The notes beneath the pieces are model-generated. The model was not told the origin of the DNA. It searched no databases and saw nothing but the letters and a program-made list of their open reading frames with translations. Shown one piece after another: positions 35,318-48,250 of a stretch of DNA of 64,000 nt. The stretch's first letter is position 1; each line of letters starts with the position of its first letter. The position numbers and the translations under genes are program-made. Source of the DNA: Octopus bimaculoides (taxonomy: Eukaryota); the NCBI RefSeq assembly GCF_001194135.2, contig NC_068990.1:68194304-68258303 (forward strand), in the 5' to 3' direction.

Positions 35318-36300
35318 TATATACACACCACAGTTTGTACACATACGTATTTCATGTCCTTTCAACTACATCAGATTAAATCTTATGTTCAAAGCTTTGT
35401 ATTTTTCTTATGTATGTGTGCGTATGTATATATGACGTAGTTGGAATATTTATTAATATTCTGTTAAGTGTGTAAACACTATGTAAATAAAAGAGTTTAA
35501 TTATGATGATGAAACTCTTTGCTTGCTTGTCTGAGCGACCAAAATGAGATAGCTTCATATGAACATCAACTTAGCTTACTAGTTCAAGGTACTTATTTTA
35601 GCTGCAGTAGATTACGTTAAATTCTCTTTTATAATTTTTAATTAATTCTAGTAGATTATTTTTGAAGAGTTGAGAGAAAATTAGAAGTGATTGAAAATAG
35701 AAAAATCTTAATAAAAAAGCAATAAAAATAGATTATATATGCTTGTAAGCGTGTGTCTTGGAAGTTTGTCAAGAAACTATTTTCAACGTATTTGAATATA
35801 ATGATTTTTAGACGACGATGGCAATTCAAACTTATAAAAGAAGGGAAATGGAAAGTTACGTTGTTGATGACATTCTCTTCTAAACTATTAGCAATATTAA
35901 ATTGATTTCATCACTAAGCTGAAACCTGATCATGGTTTACATTTGCAAAAAGTCAGAACCTGACCGACTTCCTTTCGGAATACAACATTGCAATGCGTAA
36001 TGCATGATGTGTTTTTTAAAAAAGGAAATTGTGATGCAGATTATTTTCTGTGTTATTTAAAATATAGATAGCAATGACAATTTCACTTTCTTACAATTTC
36101 GTTTTTCACTAACACATTTCTGTTTTTACTATATAGCTTTAAACCAACAATACCTACGTGCATCTGTGTTTGGTCAGAGCAACTAAAGTTCTCTCAACAA
36201 ACAGTATAACAATTGTCACGTAACTAACTTCTTTTTTACATTTCCATTTGAAGTTATTTTTTAAAATTTTACATGAAATACCGAAATAATATAGAAATTT
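35200..36300. promoter_or_regulatory. Second CpG-retaining unique region, possible promoter/enhancer
   Basis: Visibly more CpG than flanking unique DNA; GACTTCCTTTCGGAA near 35967; qualitative only. Confidence 0.25.
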
Positions 36301-37199
36301 GATGAAATCACTTAGAAATGTTTCAAATTTTCTCCACTGATTCAGTTTTGCATGCTGATGAAAAAATCATACTAATTTCCTCAAGAAATTATTAATTAAC
36401 AAATTATAAGCCTTTGAATGTTTTAAATTTTATCCAATCAGAAGCTTCTATTGTTAACATACCTGAAGTAGTATTTGTCTTTTTCATGGCAATCATTATA
36501 ATACACCATTTCTTATTTCCAACCCAGGTTCTTTGAATGAATGCAGCGAACCAATTTTATTTGTTTTTATCTTAAATGCAAGATTGTTTTCTTTTTGTAC
36601 TAAATGCAATCTTCATCATAGGATTTCATTAATTTGTCAGAGTATAAAGACAGAGGAAGAAGCAGCAATGTTATTTCTCTTGAGAAAGGATGTAATCCAA
36701 TCATCTAGATCACATTTTTCTTTCTTAAACATTTATAAGAAAGAGGAAAACAAGTTATTGAAGTAATTTTAAACTTTCATAAGAACCATTTTATAAGAAA
36801 TGGTGAAATAATCTAACAAAACATATTTCCCAGTTGATTATTTGTTTGAAAATATGTTAGCAGTGAAAATGCTGAAAGATATCTTAAATATTCATGAAAA
36901 CAATTGAAAATATACAAAATAGAGAAACAATTCTAAAGAAACATATTATCTCCACTAAGTTACACTAAATAAAACAAACCAACACTGGTTGTCAACACAT
37001 GTTCATAGTCATTTCATAGTCATATACAGTATAAGAATAGTGTTGATGTACCCCTTGTGAACAATAAAGTGTAAAATGTTAGGATACCATTAAATAGACA
37101 GTAATGAATACCGTTTTGTAAATATCATAAAACAAGGTATATTCTATATTCCATTATTAATTATTATAAGGAAGTTAAGACTTCAAAACAACATGTTTT

Positions 37200-37618
37200 A
37201 CTCTCTTTACTCCCTTTTACTTGTTTCAGTCATTTGACTGTGGCCATGCTGGAGCACCGCCTTTTAGTTGAATGAATCAACCCCAGGACTTATTCTTTGG
37301 AAGCCTAGTACTTATTCTATCGGTCTCTTTTGCCGAACTGCTAAGTTATGGGGACGTAAACACACCAGCATCGGTTGTCAAGCGATGTTGGGGGGACAAA
37401 CACAGACACACAAACATATACACACACATACATATATATACATATACATATATATGATGGGCTTCTTTCAGTTTCCGTCTACCAAATCCACTCACAAGGC
37501 TTTGGTCGGCCCGAGGCTATAATAGAAGACACTTGCCCAAGGTGCCACACAGTGGGACTGAACCCAGAACCATGTTGTTGGTAAGCAAGCTACTTACCAC
37601 ACAGCCACTCCTACGCCT
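37200..37618 (-). mobile_element. SINE family A, young full-length copy
   Basis: Nearly identical to 56678-57091; complete head, core, microsatellite and tail. Confidence 0.92.
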
Positions 37619-39289
37619 AGGACAATTTTTTAAAAATAAATACCATTTACTAAATCTGGGGTTTTGATAAAATAGTTGATTGTATTACTTTAAAATTCTG
37701 GTGCTTTTTTTTTTTTTTTACAAATCTGGCACAACTTGTAATTTTTTTTTGTATATCTTTAAGGGTATTCATACCCTGGTTTAAGAAACTTAGAATGTCT
37801 CTTTTGAACTTGTTGGCAATGATACTGATATAACGGTCACTTGATATGCCATTTCCATGTAATACTTGTCTGTCTATACAAGAGATTAATATGTAACTTT
37901 CACTAGATATTTCACTAGTTATCTCAGTGCCCATCCTAAATATCATATAGCTGCCAACTTCAGTATCAAATCCCTTTGTTGGGCTTACTTAGGTTACAAC
38001 CCTTTTTTTCTCTCTCTCTCTCTATTTCTTATACATTCACCTCATTTAGAAACAACATCTTGAAGTGACATTTCCATATTTTCTTTTCATTGTCCATGAC
38101 AGTGAATGTGCTTCTATTATTTCCTATTCATTTCCCCTAATGATATCATGATTCACACAACCTGCTTAGTAATCCAGTCATTTGATCCACATTATATCTT
38201 CAGCAGTAAATTTTTATTAATGATCCATTAACTTCATTATTTTATTTCCTTATATTTTAAAGCGATATCTTTTCTTCTAATTGGTTACTTTCACTTCAAT
38301 AGTGTGTGTGTGTGGGTACATAGGCATGTCTATATGTATGTATAACCACAAGTTATATATGAATATGTGTGTGTTAGTGAGTGTGTGTAATTACAGAACT
38401 GTATATATTGATATATGTATATGCATGTATGTGTATTATATATACAAGAGAACTGGCTGAACATCTGTGTGTAAGCATGCTTGTGCACATGTGTGTGTGT
38501 GTGTGTGTGATTAAATAAACAAATGGAAACAAACCCTCATGTCCACACACACACCAATGCACTAACACACACACACACACATGCATACTTATATCTCCCT
38601 ACATCCGTGATAACAAAAAACAAGACCAATGTCTCTGACAGCCTCCATCTAATGAGTTTATTTATATTCTTTGTTGCAACAGATGTTACAATTATGATTA
38701 TAAACAGCAGCACAATCCACAAAACTTCTTCCATTTATCAGAAATGAAAGTCTTTTTTTTGGTCTTTATAAATATATGTTTTTGCTGGTGTTTCTCTATT
38801 TTTGCTCCATGTGTGTATAACAGATATTGACAAAACAGCTTTGACAACTCCTGTCAACCTGTCCAACTTATGCCATTATAGAAAATAAGCACTAAATGAT
38901 GATGATGATGATGAGTGAGTTTTTCATCAGTCATGAGGGGAGACCAATTCTTATGTCTCATTATAACCTCCATGATTGGTTATAAAGAGAGGAAGGTCTC
39001 CTCAAATTGGAAACCTGATCCTTGAGTACCTTTGGTGGGATTCAACAAAATGTTACCCTAGGATCAAGTTGTAGTGTTAAACTAGATGATGGATTGATTC
39101 TACTAACCAAGTTGGCCATGGATGCATTTGGACTCAAAACACAGATTCAGGACAAATACTATAAGGTGCCTAGCCTGACACTCTACCAATTCTTCTAGTC
39201 CACTCAGAAGAGTAGGAAGCAAAGTTAGCCTTAGCAGGATTTAAACCAAGAATGCAAGGTATCTTGTCCATCAGTCAGGTTTGCTTCCT

Positions 39290-39600
39290 GTGTCCAGGAG
39301 TCACTCCAGTTACTTTTGTATTGTGCTGTATACATACAATTAGCCAGGTTTTTGTTTCCAGTCCATTCTTTGATGTCATCAGTCTGCAAACATCTTTGAA
39401 TGCCTCTTGCTCTCTTCCCTCCACACTCCCTGTAAGGATGGTTTTGAAGAATGACTCCTGGTATAAACTATGATAATAGGTGTCTTTGGACTTCCAGTTT
39501 TTCAAATAATGCAGTGTTTGATAACCTCTCTATCCAACTTATTCTGCTCAATCTACAAAAGACCTATGTCACAAAGGCATCTATATTATTTTTTATTTTT
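39290..39600 (-). mobile_element. RTE-like LINE, decayed extreme 3' end
   Basis: SFFKTILTGSVEGR and, after a frameshift, TDDIKEWTG match the RTE C-terminal KTILxGxVEGxRxRGR...WxDxIKEWTG. Confidence 0.75.
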
Positions 39601-40035
39601 CTGTACATTATCTAAGTTTCTGCCCTGTTGAGAACAATTGGCATAATTAAAAATATTTAAATAACCCAATGTACCTTGTCCAAAACTCTAACAACTCTGC
39701 CATTTCGCTGTCTTGTTCCTTGACAAGAGAATAGTTTTCCATTGGTATAGTTTGGCCTGGCTAGGATTGAACTAGCAACTGTCATGCAATAGAGTTATTC
39801 TATGGTGTTGCGGAGAAGTAACTTTGACTTACAGCTAAAGACTAATCATGCTGCTATTTTTGTTTAGCCCAAGGTCAACATTCATTGATCTACTCTATAA
39901 TCAGGTGCATTCCAGCCATGACCGTTCAGCCTTCTTATGTACAAGGAAAGTTATGTTGTTCAATTTGTCTTTGCTGGGGCTACACATGGTATACAACTAT
40001 GCATCATTTCCCACACACACACACCTACAGATCAT

Positions 40036-40072
<37 letters not shown>

Positions 40073-40724
40073 TTGCACACATAAGCGCATACACAGATAG
40101 ATACACATCATCATATATATAGAAACAAGTGTCATTTCTTTGCACTTAGATATCAAAAGATATATATCTGTATATACGCATGCATTTGTGCATGCACACG
40201 AGCATACATAACTGCATACATATATATATATATATATATCCACATACACACACACACATGCCAGTATATATGTATGAACAATGATTTAAACACAAGAAAT
40301 AACAATGGATTTTCTTAAAGGGATTGAGCAAAAAAAAAAAAGTACACACAAAGCCATGTCATTTGCTGTTTAGTGAAGCCTGCTGCCCATTACATTACAG
40401 GATTATTGCTCCTTTACAGATCCAAATCTAATATAAAGATGTCTATCGACAACAGAAAGCATTTACTTTATCATGAATATATCACATAAATTCATAGAGA
40501 ATCAGCTGAGAGCTATGCAAATAACTGTTAATGCCTTGCTAGCAAGATATCCCAACTTGATTTGATGTATAAAGCAAGAATAGAAGGTCATATGATGTAA
40601 ATCAATTTGTATGCTTAATTTAAGAATGGAATGGTAATGCTCTGATACTGTTGGGAGTATCGTGGTTTACCCTGCAGAAGATGTATAGTTTTACTCTTGG
40701 AATAATTGTGCACAAACATAAGTG

Positions 40725-40757
<33 letters not shown>

Positions 40758-40780
40758 ATTAATACTATTATTATCATTAA

Positions 40781-40990
40781 GGTGGTGAGCTGGCAGAATC
40801 GTTAGCACACTGTGCAAACTGTTTAGTAGTATTTCGACCGTCTTTAGATTCTGATTTCAAATTCTGCTGAGGTTGACATTGCCTTTCATCCTTTCGGGGT
40901 CAGTAAAGTAAGTACCAATTGAGCATTGAGGTCAATGTAATCGACTATACACCCGACCCCTCACCAAAATTTCATTATTTGTGCCAGTAG
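40781..40990 (+). mobile_element. SINE family B (tail variant 2)
   Basis: GGTGGTGAGCTGGCAGAATCGTTAGCAC head, GCCTTTCATCCTTTCGGGGTC block; follows an (ATT)n tract. Confidence 0.8.
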
Positions 40991-41309
40991 CAGAAATGAT
41001 AATCATTATTCAACATTTGGTAGTTTCAGACAAATTTCTACTGCATTACCTGCTACACCTCTGTGTTGTTGGGGGTGTGTACAGCACTGTGTTCCTTTTT
41101 GTTATTAGGGGAGTGCTAATTCTTCCTGGTATTGCATTGCATCAGTTTGTTTTATGAGATCTGGTTGCAATCTTTCTTTGTGTTGTGTGTGTAATGCAAG
41201 TTGTTTTCTTCTGTTAGGTATTGGCCTGTTGGTGGCTGTTTATTTTATTGGATATTTTCTATATAGAGTATGTCTTATGTTAATGTTTGTGGATTGTTTT
41301 GTTTGGTAC

Positions 41310-41433
41310 AGGATGGCTGTGTGGTTAAAGAGTTTGTTGCACAACTATGTGGCACATTGAGCTAGTATCTTCTACCATAGCTCTGATCAAAACCTTGCCA
41401 ATCAGTTTGGTAGATGGCAACTGAAAGAAGCCC
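41310..41433 (+). mobile_element. SINE family A, 5' part
   Basis: GGATGGCTGTGTGGTTAAG ... TTTGGTAGATGGCAACTGAAAGAAGCCC. Confidence 0.7.
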
Positions 41434-41438
41434 ATTGA

Positions 41439-41730
41439 GGGCACATGGCTCAGTGGTTAGAGCATCAGGCTCACAATCATGAGGTAATAAATTCAGTTCC
41501 AGGATCAGGCTGTGTGTTGTGTTCTTGAGTAATGCACTTTATCTCATATGGCTCCAGTTCACACAGCTGTAGAAATTAGTTGCGATGTCACTGGTGCCAA
41601 GCTGTATCAGCCTTTGCTTTTCCCTTGGATAACATCAGTGGTGTGGAGAGGGGAGGTCAGTATGCATGGGCAACTGCTTGTCTTCCATAAACAACCTTGC
41701 CTGGACTTGTGCCTTAGAAGAGAGCTTTCT
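41439..41730 (+). mobile_element. tRNA-derived SINE, family D
   Basis: Colinear with 4813-5240 (TGGCTCAGTGGTTAGAGC...GGTGCCAAGCTGTATCAGCCTTTG). Confidence 0.85.
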
Positions 41731-42257
41731 AAATATATATATATATATATATANNNNNNNNNNNNNNNNNNNNNNNNNNNNNNNNNNNNNNNNNNNNNNN
41801 NNNNNNNNNNNNNNNNNNNNNNNNNNNNNNNNNNNNNNNNNNNNNNNNNNNNNNNNNNNNNNNNNNNNNNNNNNNNNNNNNATATATTAGAAAGTTTGCA
41901 GGTGATGTACGGGTTTTATATATTAAAAAAAATAAGGTACTCAGAGATCGGGATGGTTGCACATTTACAGATTTTTATTAATATTTCACATGTTTTTATA
42001 AATCATATATTAGCACTTGCATCTATTCTAGTAGAATCTTCAGATTTAAATTTTATTTTGAGGGGATTCGTCTCTTTTTATAGTATCTTTGAGTGTGTAG
42101 GGTTGGAGAGAGATATATAGGATAGTAAAAGAGGGTGAGGAATGGGGAGAAAGTGAGAGAGAGTGTGTGTGTGTTTTTGCGCGCGTGTGTGTGTGTGCAT
42201 GTGTATCTGAAAGGAGTGTCAATAGAAAAGAGAAGGAAAGAAAGAAGGAAGTGAGAA

Positions 42258-42320
42258 AGAAGAAAAACATTGTGTTTACATCTATAGAGCTGTATAGATG
42301 TAAACACAATTTTTTCTTCT
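42258..42320. repeat. Near-perfect 63-bp palindrome
   Basis: Perfect 18-bp arms ATTGTGTTTACATCTATA (42269-42286) / TATAGATGTAAACACAAT (42293-42310), extended by AGAAGAAAAA/TTTTTCTTCT with one bulge. Confidence 0.85.
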
Positions 42321-42397
42321 GTTTAACTCTGGAGCAATTTGTGACATGATTTTTTTTTGCATGTCTGAAATGTACATACATTTATTAGCTCTGTGCC

Positions 42398-42590
42398 AAA
42401 AAGAGAGCCTCTGCATGATCACACAAGCTGCTTGAAATAGCAAACAAATCAACTTCAAACAACCATCAGCAGTCTCAGTAAAAACACATTGGAAAATGTG
42501 GTCCTAGGTAAGGACAAAATAATGGGATAGATATGGCTGGAATGCCTTGATCATAAATTTCTTTTTGTGAGGGTGAACTGGGACAAAACC
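42398..42590 (+). mobile_element. Old interspersed repeat, family G (also about 24070-24260 -, 26620-26810 -, 57600-57800 +)
   Basis: Shared blocks of the type AATAGCAGCCAAAT...TCAAAT and ATGGCTGGAATG...GATCATA; highly diverged. Confidence 0.5.
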
Positions 42591-43245
42591 ATAATAGCTT
42601 TGTATGAATATTGAAATACATAGAATATTATGTAACAATGTACAGAGATTGGGTGTGTATGCACACAATTGTTAATGTATAGCCCTTTACTAATATATTT
42701 AAATAAGTATCTGTAAACCTCTTTGCTAACATGCTTATACGAATATATATTTTGTTAACATGCTTACATAAATATCAATACATACATACATACATACATA
42801 TATACATACATACATACATGCATAGACACACACACATACATTCATATCTATCTATCTCTTTATCTCTCTCTCTCACTCTACCTCCCTCCCTCCCTCCCTC
42901 CCTATCTCTCTCTCTATATATATGTGTGTGTGTGCATGCATATAGAAAAGCAGATAAACACAGGAAGGCTTGAGATATATTTACATGGAGCACAAAATAC
43001 TGGTTACAGAATAAATAAAAATGAAAAGTAAACAGAACAGAAAAATTGTGTAAAATCTTATCTCAACAGCTGTTTCAAGACAGTTGCAGCTTACACAATA
43101 ACCATATTCATACGTAACATGCACATGATGTCTTAAGTGTACATCCTGTAATAAATTTATGTTCCCATCCATTCTGTGTCATTTATCCTAAGTCTATATT
43201 GCTTTTACCTACTACTGCAAGAGAGTTTATAATTGATAGGAAAGC

Positions 43246-43318
43246 TTGGAGAGCGTTTGTGGACAGATGAGTGAATGATGTTGGAGAGCGTTTGTGGACA
43301 GATGAGTGAATGATGTTG
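43246..43318. repeat. Perfect 35-bp tandem duplication
   Basis: TTGGAGAGCGTTTGTGGACAGATGAGTGAATGATG at 43246-43280 and 43281-43315. Confidence 0.9.
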
Positions 43319-44764
43319 CTCAAAGGGGTCTGCAACTAGCATGATGCAACGGAGGTAAACCAGCATATGCTGTCGGATACCACTGCTGATATTGGGGGTT
43401 GCATTCTATGCCTTGACCCGAGCATAGAACAGGGGGCTGCCTCTTTGAGCTGGGAAATGATTGGAATGCCTGGTGTGTGTATTGTTGTGACTATGCCCTC
43501 CTAAAAAATGGGGACTAGGCCTGGGTATATAAAAAACAGATGTGTGTGTGTGTGTGTGTTTGCTTGTGCACATGCATATGTGTGCATGTGTATATATCTG
43601 TTTGCTTGCATGTGAAGATAGCGAGCAATATATCTCTTTGCTAACATGTTTGCATAATTATCTGCATCATTCTTTTTGCTAACATATTTACATTACTATC
43701 TATAAAGCTGAACTAACACTCATATATTCCATATAACTGTTAATATGCACAAACTATTATTTCTGACCTCTCATATTTGGAGAGATAACTATAGTGGGAG
43801 CAAAGAATGTAAATGCTTATTCTTATTCCTTAGGGCATCAATGACAAAGAAAGTGGTTAAACTAGAAAAGACTAGTGATAAACTTGGTTTACAGAAAACA
43901 TTGTGTTATATCATACACACATACCCAGATACATATATACACACAGATGCATACATGCACACTTATGCACACATTCATATATGCATGTATACAAGCGCTC
44001 CCTTTGTTTGAAATGCTGTTTAAAATACTGTAAAGAATATGATATGCACAACATGTACACTGTATATGCAAACGTAGAATAGCACTAGTATATGCAACAG
44101 AATATTCCCAAACTAGAAACCATTAAATAATTATTAATCTAGCCATGCTTAGACTCCCAAAGAAGGACAATCATGCAATATCAAAATATGTTATAATACA
44201 AACAACAGAACCATCATAAAGCAACAAATCAAGAACTCTTTAACAGGTTTAACCCTATGACAATGAAAGATGAGACCACAAGATATAAAAGGTTTACAGA
44301 CAACAAGAACCTCAACCATAAACCCATCGTCAGCTGCCAAATGGATATCATTATGTTTTTGGCATTATAGTTATCTTCAAAAAAATTGATACATTGCAAT
44401 ACATATGCTATGCCCAGAGTCACTAGTGACAAAAATGAATGGTACTAATTCCACATAGAAATTGAAACTTGGTCCCACAATCAGTTTGTCAAGAACACAC
44501 TATGGCTTGACAATAGTGATCACATCAAATGCTAGTATTTGTTTGTTTAACATCCATTTTTCCATATTCGTATGGGTTTGGATGGAGAGCTATTTGAGGC
44601 AAGACCATATGGTTGGATGCTTTTTCTACCACCAAACTTTATCTTGCTTTTTCAAGTAAGGAATTCTATAAACCCACAGGTCCTTCAAAGCTCAGTGTGA
44701 CCTGTCAAGAATAGTACCACTTCTTTCAAGCAGTGACAATGTAGGATATAAATATTCATATACA

Positions 44765-44905
44765 TCTGGCATTAAGAAGGGCATCCAGCCATAGAAACTA
44801 TGCCAAATCAGACTGGAGTCTGGCACAACTCTCCAGCTCGCCAGCTCTGGTCAAACCATCAATCCATGCCAGCATGAACAAAGGATGTCAGACGATGATG
44901 ATTTG
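44765..44905 (+). mobile_element. Family E tail fragment
   Basis: GGCATTAAGAAGGGCATCCAGCCATAGAAAC...CCATGCCAGCATG...GATGATGA. Confidence 0.7.
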
Positions 44906-44929
44906 CACACATACACACAGACATACATA

Positions 44930-45090
44930 TATTGGGCTTCTCGTAGTGTCTGTCTATCAGATTTCTGAACATGGCATTGGTTGGTCTGGAGCTACACTAG
45001 ACAAACACTTCTCCAATGTGTTGCACAGTGGGACTGAACCTGAAAGCATATGATTGTGATGCAAACTTCTTAACCACACAAACATACCTG
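44930..45090 (-). mobile_element. SINE family A, 5' half
   Basis: CACAGTGGGACTGAACC...CTTAACCACAC reverse-complement head. Confidence 0.65.
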
Positions 45091-45199
45091 TACATAGATA
45101 AATAGAAATACTATGGAACATAACTTATGAACACAAACTGAAAGCCTATGTATTTGTCACATAGATTTGGCACACCTTCACCTCCAGCTTTTCTATCTC

Positions 45200-45540
45200 T
45201 GACAGGAATAGTCATGTATCGCCTCTACAGTAAGGCTCCCTGTTTCTATTCCTGTATTATACTTCAACCTCTCATCACTTGGCACAAAGCTACCTCCCTC
45301 AATACCACTCCCCTCCTCAGATGAAGAGTTTATGATTTGTAAGTTATGTGGTGACCTCACTGTTGCTGGTGCCATGTAAAAAATACCTGTGGTGTGATTG
45401 GCATTAAGAAAAACATTTGGCTGTTGAAACCATACTGAAGCTGACAGTAGAACTTGGTGCAGTCCTCTGGCTTGCCAGCTCCTTTTAAAACATCCAGCTA
45501 ATGCCAGCATGGAAAATGGAATCAAATGATGATGATCACC
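45200..45540 (+). mobile_element. Family E repeat with longer 5' body
   Basis: GACCTCACTGTTGCTGGTGCCATGTAAAAA ... ATGCCAGCATGGAAAATGGAATCAAATGATGATG. Confidence 0.65.
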
Positions 45541-46077
45541 TAGAGAAGAGGGGAGAGTAATGGACCAAGGTTCTGCAACTATTTGTTGAACAACCTGCAC
45601 TGATGATTTGTTTACAGTGATCAGAAGTTTGCACTACATAAAAGCTCATTCCCTCCATCAAATCAACATTGCCTATACAGGTGCAACATGAAATGAAAAG
45701 GTTTGCATGAGGACACAATGCACTGCTTGGTGCAAGAATTGAACCCATGCTCTGGATGTCACCTTGGAGGATGCAGAGTGGATGGCATTGGACTACCAAC
45801 ATTGGAGAGCATAGGTGGACTTAGTTGGCTCTACACATGATGATGTCTCTGGAACCACTAACCTGGGATGAACACCAGCCCCATCAAGTAAGAGCATGAA
45901 GCAAGCAAAGCAGGAAGAATTTTGTAATCATGAGTTGAACACTCTAACCCTTAGTCCACACACTTTCATAAGAAAGAGTAGTATCTCTCTCTCTCTCACT
46001 CTCTCTCTCTCTCACTCTCTCTCTCTCTCACTCTCTCTCTCTCTCACNNNNNNNNNNCTCACTCTCTCTCTCTCTCA

Positions 46078-46112
<35 letters not shown>

Positions 46113-47329
46113 GATATATATATAGTGAAAACAAGCAAAAGTGAAAGAAATGGAAAAATTTTTACTTGAATTACCCATGAAAGAGAGATCATTTACCAAG
46201 ACAACACGACTTGGCACCTTTCCAATTGTTTTGTATTAAATGATTTTAAGGTCATTGAGGAGAGTAAACAAAACTGAAGAACATGGTATATACAAGTTCT
46301 TGTAGGTTTTGATTAAATATCATATTCTCTTGGAGCAAACCTGACATGTGGAATTTGTGTAAATTAACCTCTGGACAAAGGGTACTATTAATTTTTTCCT
46401 TTTATTTTTTGCTGTGTATTTTAAACATTTTTTTGCTTCACTTGGTTTCATGGATTATTTTATTTTTTGTGTTTAGTTTGTTCTAAACACTTGCTTTGTA
46501 GCCAAATATCGCTTATATATGAAAAAGTTCCTTGTATAAATACATATGGATTTTTCAGAAGGATAAAACATAACATTTGTCAATCATAAAACAAAATACA
46601 ACTATTTTACATCCATTTCACTACTGCAGTAGGATTTTATTATTGTTATTTTTATTTATTATTTCTATATATTCATATGAGTGTATATATATGGAACAGA
46701 TTTATTTACAGTTGGATGCTGTTTCTATTACAAATAATTTGATTGTAAAGTACATTCAGCTAAGGAGATCAAGACAAACAAAAGTTTTCTGAATTGCCTA
46801 GAGTGAGTCCAGCATAAAGAGAAACAAATAACAATACCAAAATAAATAAATAAAAATAGCTATTATGTTCTATCTTGATATGAAATACTGCATATATGTT
46901 CTGTGCATATGAACTGTGGTGCTGGAGAACTACAAACTATGGACATTGAATGTAGAAAACCTTAAGTAATTGGAAAGTATCAAATACAGTATGATTAGCT
47001 GTATGTGAAAAATGAACTTGACAGTTATACTGTGTGAATGCAAGTGAGTTAAGAAAGCAATTGCTTGAAAAGTATCTGTTGGTCATGCATACATATATAT
47101 GGTCATGGACTGAGGGTATATAACTAATGCATTTCTATTTTCATCACTTTCATATCAAACTTTTAGGACTATTTATAAAGAAAGTATGATACTAACCATA
47201 ACAATGTACTGTTTTTATATTTGTCTTGTTCTGTTTCTCAATCCTGTGATTCTTCATATTAAACATGAATGAGAGATGTATAATGTTTAGCAATTATCAG
47301 TGCATGGGATAAACTAGGTGTTTGTCATT

Positions 47330-47530
47330 AGCCTCATCGTCTTCATTTGATGTCCATATTCCTTACTGGCATGGGTTGGAGCTTGCACAGGACCCAATGA
47401 AATGGAGTCACAGTGTTAAACTCCAGTACCTGAATTGGCATGGTTTCTATGGCTGGATGTTCTTTCTAATGCCAACCACTTTACAGAGTGTGCTGTGTAC
47501 TTTTTGATGGCATCAGCATGAGAGGGGTTA
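47330..47530 (-). mobile_element. Family E tail
   Basis: GATGTCCATATTCCTTACTGGCATGGG...GGCATGGTTTCTATGGCTGGATG is the reverse complement of the E tail. Confidence 0.7.
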
Positions 47531-47885
47531 CCTGCATTTCTCAACACATGACCTTTTCAGTAGAATTGGGAGACAGTATTGTGAGAGATATCTTTGTGCC
47601 AGGTATTGAGAAGCTAAAGTCTTATAAAGCAACAGGAACAGGTGTCTTGCTGTTGAACAGGTGCGAAATTACTCCTGCTAAAGAATCTTCATGCTGGTAG
47701 GTTTTCAACTCAAAGGAGATGTATGATACTGGAGTCATGTTAACTGATTGTGCCATAAGATAAAGTAATCAAAAAGTAGAAAATAGAAAGGGAAGAGATA
47801 TGGTAAGAAAAAATTGTTTGATCAAACCTTTTCAGTGATTTAGTTGTAAATTTATTATTTTTATATATCATATGAATGAGTATGC

Positions 47886-47917
<32 letters not shown>

Positions 47918-47918
<1 letters not shown>

Positions 47919-48250
47919 GAAAAGGTAAGACAACAAAAGAATGAAAGAGACCTCAATATTATGTAAGTAGAGGAATTTATCTGTAAATAATATGTGACAC
48001 TTATTCAGTAGCCATGATAAAACTCCGAGTTTTGGATGCCAAGGTGGAAACCCATGCTGCCATCTCTTCAGTTATCTGGCCGTTGAAGAATGCTATGAAA
48101 ATGACCATTAAACAAAAGTAAATAACTGTGTGGTTGTCTGTTATTAAGACAAAAGAGCAATTAGAATGACCGCTAAGTGAGGGGAGGGAGTAAAGGTAAG
48201 GAAGTAAAAATGTCCATAGTATTCGCGTAAGCACACCAGTCCATACATAC
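47918..48250 (-). mobile_element. Penelope-like non-autonomous end fragment carrying a hammerhead motif
   Basis: Unique-looking segment embedded in (TA)n with a type I hammerhead fold about 100 nt from its end; Penelope assignment is inferred from the ribozyme type. Confidence 0.55.
48016..48076 (-). ncRNA. Type I hammerhead ribozyme motif, probably inactivated (G12 to A)
   Basis: Minus strand: GAUAA-CUGAAGA-GAUG(22 nt)CAUC-C-AAAA-CUC-G-GAG-UU-UUAUC; perfect 5-bp stem I, palindromic stem III ACUCGGAGU; GAAA reads AAAA, consistent with CpG decay. Confidence 0.65.

Noticed and set aside
36490-36810. Protein-like minus frame with 5-6 stops and an antisense 77-aa open frame
   Set aside because: Stop density is about what AT-rich random sequence gives; no family match, so neither a pseudogene nor editing-dependent readthrough is supported.
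37650-37990. About 110-codon minus ORF (GFDTEVGSY...ANKFKRDILSFLNQG)
   Set aside because: No motif recognised, no convincing splice sites; ends in an A-rich tract.
43246-43318. 35-bp perfect direct repeat as a possible CRISPR-like or regulatory array
   Set aside because: Only two adjacent copies with no spacer in a eukaryotic genome; simple duplication or assembly artefact.
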